A stretch of 63,669 nt of DNA, counting the filler, from Bigelowiella natans CCMP2755 (taxonomy: Eukaryota; Protista; Cercozoa): NCBI GenBank assembly GCA_000320545.1. It is 5 parts of 5 records of this genome, joined end to end, with 100 filler letters (N's around TTAATTAATTAA, not from the genome) between each part and the next. Parts side by side here need not be neighbours in the genome. Positions count along the whole stretch, not along the records: positions 39,602 to 62,398 come from ADNK01002343.1; positions 62,499 to 63,669 come from ADNK01000352.1; 3 more parts are not named here. One strand, 5' to 3'. Positions 55,187 through 63,669 of the stretch are shown here, one piece after another (position 1 is the stretch's first letter; each line of letters opens with the position of its first letter). Under the pieces are notes generated by a model. It ran no database searches, was not told the DNA's origin, and worked only from the letters and a program-made list of their open reading frames with translations. The position numbers were made by a program, and so were the translations under genes.

Positions 55187-55619
55187 CGGCTATAGACGGC
55201 GAACCTTCACATCGTCGTCATGTTTGGTTATCGCAAGTAGGGGCATTTCTTTGGAGAAACTTTTTCCAAAAAAAAAGAAGTGGCTTTCGAATAATGTAAT
55301 TACCTGGCTACTTTGGCCCACCCCGTAAGTGAAAAGCGTATCTCACTTATTTATTGCTAGTTATCCTAAATTTTGTTAGAACATCTATTGCTTAGATCCT
55401 GACAATAAGTATTATTAATTTTTTAACCTTTTAACTTTGTAGTTTCCTATGTACTAAAAGAGTACAAACAGTATTACACATTAATAGCAATATTGTGCCT
55501 GTACGCTCATGCACATTTGTCTGCATGCAAGGTGTACGGCTATCGTACGTGCATGCATCTGTGTTTCGTTACATGCTAGCATGACTGCTCATTTATTAGG
55601 TGCATAGCTGCATGGTGTG

Positions 55620-55643
55620 GCTCATCTAGACACAAACACAAAG

Positions 55644-55680
<37 letters not shown>

Positions 55681-56760
55681 CGCATGTGTCGTGTCATACA
55701 CGCGTGCTGACAGGAAGCCACACACGCATCCTTGCTAGCTTGCATCTAGCTAGCTTGCGCATCTTCACGAACGTCTGGACGCAGCCATCTAGCCATGCTA
55801 GCATGCGCACATCTTGTCACACAATCTGGACATCTAGACAAGTTGCGCTCTTGCAATTGAACAGCAACAGTGTTGCACTAGCACCGCTATGCATCACATG
55901 CATTGTTGCAGCATGAGCACACTGCAGGTTCACATTGTCTAGATTGTTGGAGCACATCCAGACATGCTAGCATGCTGGCATGGCATTCTAGCTAGCTAGC
56001 TGTGTTGAGCATCGGCAGATCGTTCCGGGCATCGAGAGTGTACCACTCTAGAACTTCGATTTGTTCAAAAGGACTCGATGCAATGATTTTTTTCCTGGAT
56101 CACCTCCTGCCTCTGCACTTGTTGTTTCCTCTGCAAAATTCATGCGAACTTTCCCTCAGATGCAATTCGCAGTGCAATCTTCGGATCCCAACCCAGCAAC
56201 GTCAGAGGTCAAAAACACGACTTGCTAGCTTGGTTTGATCAATCCAAAGTGACTCAAACACTTGCAAGCGGGCGAAACTGCTCACAGAACGGAGGGACGG
56301 CAGTCGTTGATTTCCACACAGCAAAACTTGAACAGCACACTCGCAGGCTGGCTAGCTAGCAGGCCAGCAGGGCACACTGTCCTTTGAGGCGACGACAATG
56401 AACAATGAATGATGATGAAAAACCACATTTCCAAAGTGTGACAAGACACTTGCAATGTGCGAAATGCAGTGCCTCGAACTGGCTTCAGTGAGGACTGACT
56501 AGCAAACTAGCGGAGTTCATGCAAATTGGCACGAACCAAACATTGAATGCATCACAACTAGCAGCCAAATGACGACGACGCAAAGCATCCATCCTGAGCA
56601 GGAACTTCCTGACAGCCACGTCCACACGGAGATCAACGTCAGGGACAACCGAGGGGGCGCAAGACTCTGGTCTTGACAGAGTCAGGGGCATCAAAGAATG
56701 AAGAGCAAGCAGGAGATGCAGGGCAAGTGCCTCGAGAACTCATTGAATCGCGGAAACATC
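55620..56760. other. Second TpA-depleted island with CTAG retention
   Basis: Manual count for 55621-56760: about 23 TA, 20 of them in CTAG. Confidence 0.85.
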
Positions 56761-57009
56761 CACTGATCCCACCCTGCGACAACAAACTATCGGCAGACGG
56801 TTCGACTGTTGCAGAATGTTGTTTGGATTTCAAGTACAGATGATAGATATTGCCTCGGTGCAAATTAGCCCAGATCACTCCCTTCACAGAGTGTGTAACC
56901 TACTTGTGCACATTGCACCCCGCCCCCCAACATCTAATGAATGAGAACTGAAAGGTTTTAGTATCTCATCCTCTACTCTTGTGCCACGAATCATTCATTT
57001 CTCATTCTC

Positions 57010-57206
57010 AGGGATATGAGGACATGATTCAGCACAAGAGCAAGACCTCATCGGACGAGGACGTAAGTGCCCTCTCCCTTTTTTAGCTTCACGCTAGAAG
57101 CAGAACATTGAAGAGATGGCGGCAGTGTGTCACTTCCCTGGGCATTCATTCATGTGGATGTTTTACGTTTGTCTGTTGTCGTGTTTATTCTTCCACTTTC
57201 TCTCTC

Positions 57207-57252
<46 letters not shown>

Positions 57253-58816
57253 GTGTGTGTGCGACAGGTTGACACGCTTTTGGAACATGACCTGGAGATC
57301 TTCCGGAAGTTCAAAATTCACCGTTCTCGAAGGCGAGCTTCATCGTCTCGGTCGTCCTTGGGATCAAATCCTTTGGAAAATGGAAGAAACAACAAGAAGA
57401 AGATGGACGCTCCCCTACCACCTCAGACCGGTGTACAGCAGAACTCAGCGGGGCTCATATTCTCGCCTCGGTAATTATGCACCATGTTGTCGTTTGAAAG
57501 GGAGAGAGAAAATCGATGCGCCTCTCCCTTCACTAAGACTCTAGATGTAAAGAGCGCGAGAGATAGAAAGAGAGAGAGAGAGAGAGGGCAAGATAGATAC
57601 ATCTCCAAGCTGCTAGCCACAGTACATACCCCGCAGGCGCCACGTTATCTCACCCTCATCTGGCTTGATTAACTTTCTCCAGATCCCCGCCGCAACCCAC
57701 CTCCCAGCAGAGCGCTCCCGCCGCTTATGCATATGAAAAGTTCAAACATTCACGTACTCGGTCCTCCCCCTTTCTCCTCGGGGAAGGAATGGATCTCGCG
57801 AGTATAAAAGACGTTCCCGACAAATCAGAGAGAAGCAGGACGCCTAGACACTCCCCCGGCGTGCAGTTCGGCTACGGTTTCGAGCACCGAGTGCCAGCGC
57901 GAAATCCAACACCGCTGAATGAGGAGGATGCACACCGCCCCCGTCGAGAAATTTCTTATCGACGCCCCCCCCCACGAAAGAAGAAGGACGGAGAAGCAGG
58001 ATCAGATGAGAGCCTGGACCACATCGTGAGGAGTTCGTATACGGTTGGTGCTATGCTGGGGAAACGTTTTTGTTTCAGTTCATCCATGTACTTCTACGTC
58101 GGTGCACCCCCCCTCTCACCCCCCCCCCCCCCTTTTGCCCACTCCACCCCTCGCAGGTGCTCTCGGTTGACGACGACTCTATAAATCAGAAAGTGATGGA
58201 AAACCTGTTACGTGCCGAAGGGTATATAGTTATCAAGGTAAAGTAGTGGTGGCGATAGTATTGAGTAGCAGCAAGCAGCCGTCGTGGGAGCGTCTCTGGA
58301 ATTTCTTTCTTGCTAATTCGTTTTTACTTGCGTTGAAGAAGTCCTGTGTTGGTTCGGCTCTTCGTGCCTTCTCTCCTGCTGGTGGTGGTGGTGGTGGCTC
58401 CCTCGCTGGCGTGTGGCGTTGTTTATATATATATATAAATGTATACGAGTATATCATCCACCACCAATGCGTGCCGTTAACGCTCCAAACACATCTTTCC
58501 AGGCATACAACGGCCATGAAGCCCTCAAAATCATCGAGGGCGCCTTCGAGGCGCACAGGGTTGTGCCGAATCAGCCCTCCCCTTTCCCTTCTCCCCTTAC
58601 AAACACAAGCACATGCCAAACACATTAATAGGCCCGTGATGGGGTTTCCTCCCGTAAGGAATGTGAATAATCATCAGGTTCGCAGGCCAGACGACACAGA
58701 ACCTACGTTTGTCGAAGGGCTGCCGGACGTTATCCTCCTCGGTATCGTTGTTGTGATAATAACGTCGGCTTTGTAGTTGCCGATGTCTGAAAAATGTGTA
58801 CATTATATCATAAATT

Positions 58817-58875
<59 letters not shown>

Positions 58876-59668
58876 GTAGGTATATGTATATAAATATATA
58901 TGGTGGGAGAGGGGGGCATTTTGCGTGATCTTGTTGTCGTTGCTGCAATATATGAAGCCATCATTTAGTCTTGGGGTCATAAGATTTACGTCATAAATCA
59001 TCGCCACATGTGATGTCTTTGCTCTTCATTTCACCTCTAAATCTCACGCTTTTCCCCCTTCTCCATTGTTGACCGTAGATGTGATGATGCCCGGCATTTC
59101 TGGCTTCAAGGTTTGATACAAACACACACGCACGCAGACGCGCGCGTGTATGTAAATCTAATGTAAAAACGCAAGTATGCACGTAGATACACACACACAC
59201 ACACACATACAAGGGTCGCCAAGTTCAAACACACATTCTTTCAAAATACAAAAAAGATATTACCTCTTCGTTAGGTGGCCAAGATGCTGAGGAAGAAATA
59301 CGTGCCGCAGGTGCATGAGGAGGAGGAGGAAGGGAGGGAAGGAGGAGGGGGGATATTCAAGAGGAAGAAGAAAACAAATCCTGTCACGATCCGACTTCAC
59401 ACAAAGACAAACACACCCACATGCATCACTAGCCAACAGAATCTAACGCCGCCCATCACTTCTCAGCTTCTGCCTATCATTATGATCTCCGAGATAGCCA
59501 CGGCTGCTAGCGCGCAGAAGGGCATTCGGCACGGTGATAAGTAGCAAGACGAGGGAGGGAGGAGGGAGGCGGGGGGGTGAGGGGGTTAGATGTTGATGAG
59601 GGCGAGACTAAGGATAGTAACGATGATGAAGCAAAAAGTATAGTTGTGCTGTAAGAGACGTAGAGGGA

Positions 59669-59745
<77 letters not shown>

Positions 59746-60382
59746 GAGAGATCCTAGTTGTTAGCTTCCCCTCTCTCTCAACCCATACCCCCCCCTATTA
59801 TTGCTGTTCTGCTTTGAAATATTTCATTCATGTTGCCCCGATACGCGCTGTGTATATGCGGCATGCGTGCGTAAAATGCGCAGGTGCGAACGAGTTCTTG
59901 ATGAAGCCAATGTCGCGCTTTGCGAAGGTCGTTCCCTTCTCCTTATTTGATGACAACGCCGCCCCCACCGCTTCAGCATTGGCCCAAAAAAAAAACATAT
60001 CCATCACTAAGATATCGTAGATATAGATGTTTGCCACGTATCCGCTATCATATCATCCGTCATCATCACCACCGCCGCCGTACAAGAACAGTTACAAACT
60101 CAGGTCGAGCTGCTGTCGCGCATCCGAACGCAGATCAAGCTCAAGCAAGTGTGGCAGCTGGAGAAGCAGCAGGAGGTGTGTGCGGCTGCTTTTCTTCTTC
60201 TTCTTCTTCTTCTTCTTCTTCTTCTTCTTCTCCTTCTTCTCCTTCTTGCTGTGTGTGAAATTGGAGTACTTAACGATAAAGAACCTGGGCGAATTATCAT
60301 GTTGCATCGCGAAGCTAAAATCCTTTGGTTGTCTTCTGCATGAGTCATGTACCTCGACGCTCAGCCTATGACAAATCTCTCT

Positions 60383-60427
<45 letters not shown>

Positions 60428-62000
60428 ATTCCTCCTCTCTTGTGCAGATGGATCGTAAGGAGGCGGCAGAGCCCGCGACCAAGCTGCCTCCGGTGCTGCT
60501 GCTACTACTACACTACTACCACTACTACTAATAATAATAATACACTACTACTACCATTACTACTACGCCTATTAATGATATATCCCTGCTAGAGGACACG
60601 GGTGAGGGAAAAGGCCTCTTTGATGTCGTTTGGTAGCGTCCGATTTCGTCGTCGCACTGTACTGTACCCTTATTCCAAGGGCGGTGGGAAATTGACTCCT
60701 CCCTCCCTCTGCTGCTGTTTGGTGCTGCTGCAGTCTCTCCCCGAGCATGTGTGCGAGCGGCTGAGCCAGGGCCAAACGGACATCATTGACACCTTTCCAA
60801 GAGACCACATCATGGCCCTCATCGGTAGGGGAGATCGTGAGTGGTAGCAGTAGTAGTAGTACTAGTAATAGTAGTAGAGTAAAGGAGGCTCTTAGCCAAC
60901 TTAGAGAAGACATAAGCTTCCTAGTCGTCCCCCTCCCACCTCTCTCTGTGTGTGTGTGCGCGCACCGCCGCGCGCGCATGTGTAAAAGAGAGAGAGAGAG
61001 ACAGAGAGAGAGAGAGAGCGAATATATTCCAAATCGAGTAAACGATGATGATTGGCAGCTCCACGATAACGATAAAGATGATGATGATGATGATGACGAC
61101 GGTGATGATGATGGTAAGATGAGCGGGTAGTAATGTGGTTTTGATGAATTCATCTCTCCTGCAGGCGTAGAGGGCATCGACTATCAGAAGCACGGGTGGG
61201 AAGGAGCATCCAAAACCTGCTCTTTAAATGCACACGCACACACGCACACATCGCATGTGAATTTCCATATGCGAGCGCGCGCGCGCGCATGTGTGTGTGT
61301 GTGTGTGTGTGTGTGTTTGGTGTTTGATACTTATTCCAACTCGTTACTTCGTTTGAGGAAATGCAAACCCCCACCAACGCCACACAACCTACTGCTTCCT
61401 CCTCCGCCCTCCCCCCCCATCCACGCCTTTCAGTCCGATTTTATACGCACAAGTGCTAGGACAAGTCTTCTCCCTCATCGATAGGATAGCAACCGACGTA
61501 ATGAATTTCTTTCTCTAAGAGATAGATCCAGCCCCTGATGGTGCGCTGCCATCGTGTGCGGGAAATTAACAAGTTTCGCATCTGAAAGCATCGGTGACTT
61601 GCGTTGTCCAACGACACGCGTGGCGCAGGGCAAGAACGATCGATTTTGTAATGATCAGGGGAAGCGATTTTTATGTTTGTACGTGTGCGTATGTGCAAGT
61701 GCGAGCGCTTGTATGCGCTTCTTCGTTGGTAGAATCCGATCTAATAACCACCAAAACATCATGAAACTGCAGGCCGGAGTCTCCAAGATCCAGATCTTCG
61801 GAGAGAGCTATGTTGCCTCGTCGGTGGTGAGAAATCTAGACGCAGGGGCTACCGGCTCTGATGTTGGCGACAACGAAGCGCCAGGGGCTGCTGCTGGACG
61901 AGGGAGGAGGGGCGAGGGGATAGATGATGAAAAGGCGAGAATGGCGGCCAGCGGCCGCCGTATGCTCGTTTTCGCACGAAGAGTGATAAGGTTGTGACAG
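57010..62000 (+). CDS. Response-regulator receiver domain fused to a class III nucleotide cyclase-like domain (degenerate); partial
   Basis: VLSVDDDSINQKVMENLL, AYNGHEAL, PDVILL|DVMMPGISG, LPIIMIS, GANEFLMKP, ELLSRIRTQI, SLPEHVCERLSQG, KIQIFGESYVA. Confidence 0.8.
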
Positions 62001-62026
62001 TTAGGTGCGAGGAGAGGAAGAAAGTA

Positions 62027-62103
62027 TTCTCTTTTCATTGTCTCCACAAAAGCCTTTGTGGGGATGAATTACACTCAAACACAGTTTGCCCGGACTCTAA
62101 AAC

Positions 62104-62146
<43 letters not shown>

Positions 62147-62183
62147 CTCCCCCCCCCCCCCTCTGTTCTTCACGCACACACAC

Positions 62184-62215
<32 letters not shown>

Positions 62216-62398
62216 GTGCATATACACACATGCATACATGCATAAAAAAAAAAAGCGAAAAAAAGGGGGGGGGGGGAAGGGGGGGAGAGAGAGCGAAAGA
62301 GAGAGAGAAAAAGAGAGAAAAGGTTTTCCGGTGGGGGGAAATTGGGTTTGGGTGTATTTCATCTCAACAAAGGCTTTTGTGGGGAAAATGAAAAGAGA
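62027..62398. repeat. Imperfect inverted repeat at the contig end, probable read fold-back artefact
   Basis: tctcttttcattgtctccacaaaagcctttg is mirrored by caaaggcttttgtggggaaaatgaaaagaga, and the second arm has homopolymer-biased differences. Confidence 0.7.
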
Positions 62399-62498
62399 NN
62401 NNNNNNNNNNNNNNNNNNNNNNNNNNNNNNNNNNNNNNNNNNTTAATTAATTAANNNNNNNNNNNNNNNNNNNNNNNNNNNNNNNNNNNNNNNNNNNN
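62399..62498. other. Artificial contig linker
   Basis: N-TTAATTAATTAA-N. Confidence 0.98.
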
Positions 62499-62583
62499 GG
62501 GGGGGGGGGGGGGAGAAAAAGCAAATTCGTACAAGAACAATGCGAGCTAGTGTGGGCGCGCTGACACACACATACACACACAT

Positions 62584-62618
<35 letters not shown>

Positions 62619-62675
62619 CAAAATATACTTTTTATCGTATCATGAGCTCCGGAGGAAATGGCTGTACTTTAGAAT

Positions 62676-62711
<36 letters not shown>

Positions 62712-62755
62712 GTCGTCGTCTTATTCTTCTCCCTCTCTCATCTGCATGTAAACAG

Positions 62756-63575
62756 ATGCTAGCCGTGTCGCAGGCTCGCATCAGCCATAAGATTCGTGGG
62801 TACTTCTTGTCGTGGTGGGTGCTGCTCGACGCCCTTCGCCACCTGGAGGGCGAGCAGAGGTTGTGCAGATACTCAAACGCGCGGAGGGAGAGGGGGGGGG
62901 GGTGAGGCAAGAAACAAAAGGTGGAGGGTCATTTGGGGAAAATTACAAATATTTATATTTCCTCCCTAGGACGCCTCATGCTCTGAACTACATGATATTA
63001 TCATCGTCTCAGCGTTTGTGTATTCCGACTCCTTGCTCACCGCACAAACCACTCACGCAACACACACACACTCGCACAGCACACACTCGCACCGCACACA
63101 CATCCTACCATCGGCTGCTAGCTACTGTAAGAAGACGCTATTCTCCTTGCTTTGCTACTGTGTGTCGCAGAGCGTTCGCAGCGCAGTGTTTACGTGCCAA
63201 GGACATTGACCAGGACCTCTCCCGCCTCCTCTCAGAGGTGTGCGAGCATGTTCTCATCAACACCGACAACGGCAGCGGAGATATGCTGTCAAGCCTGGGG
63301 GTGATGGAGAGCAAGAGGGGAGAGGATGGTGAGGCCAAGAAAAAGGCGACGGAGGCGGTGCAAGCTGCTGCTGGAACGACGACAACAACAACAACAACAA
63401 CAACAACACGGAAGGAGGGAGAAAACGATATCCCTGACGACGAGGAAAAGGGGGATGATGGTGATGATGATGATGATGATGATGAGAAGTCCCAGTTAAG
63501 GAAAGAGCAGGAAGAGGAGGATGAAGCAGCGACGATGCCGCTATTTTCCAAAGGCCAAGTTGTCCGTTACAAGGT
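62756..63575 (+). CDS. Internal exons resembling E3 ligase listerin (LTN1)
   Basis: IRGYFLSWWVLLDAL...RAFAAQCLR...LSRLL resembles the listerin GYLLxWxLxL...LRA.Y..YL...L..LL block. Short fragment only. Confidence 0.4.
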
Positions 63576-63669
63576 GGCGTTTTGTGGCGTGTGGTGGTGC
63601 TAATGTCAGCTATTGCGAAGAAGCGCAGCCTCCCTGATTCCCTCCCGTGCTCTCTCTCTCTCTCTCTCA

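Noticed and set aside
56485-56887. Non-LTR retrotransposon ORF2 remnant within the TpA-depleted island
   Set aside because: No RT, endonuclease or zinc-knuckle motif recognisable, so it is not called as a mobile element.
62027-62398. Large inverted repeat as a MITE or hairpin element
   Set aside because: It ends exactly at the contig end and the second arm is a degraded copy, typical of a read fold-back artefact.

Overview
Eukaryotic nuclear DNA with spliceosomal GT-AG introns and many microsatellites. It probably comes from an alga with a secondary plastid; a chlorarachniophyte-like rhizarian is my inference, not a determination. The window is five separate contigs joined by artificial N-TTAATTAATTAA-N linkers (14826-14925, 33119-33218, 39502-39601, 62399-62498), so no linkage should be inferred across them. 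Contig 1 holds an hnRNP Q/R-like RRM gene, a three-gene glycan-modification cluster (GT92/GT2-like, sulfotransferase, GT8), a thioredoxin-fold selenoprotein gene that the ORF track breaks at an in-frame TGA (YYRGGW-U-GPC, with SECIS-like hairpins downstream), and plastid-type NDC1. Later contigs hold an SMP-domain gene end, RPL5, a Tyr-repeat protein, Der/EngA, a PKD1/REJ-GPS receptor, Nup160 with an FG-like repeat tail, GT25, an MFS transporter, a receiver-domain/degenerate cyclase fusion and a listerin-like fragment. The strongest unexplained signal is a set of intergenic islands almost free of TpA, where most surviving TpA sit in CTAG or CTA/TAG half-sites and CpG is retained. This suggests a RIP-like A-to-G (TA to TG/CA) mutagenesis that spares TAG. 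Gene models were spliced by eye and many ends are approximate.
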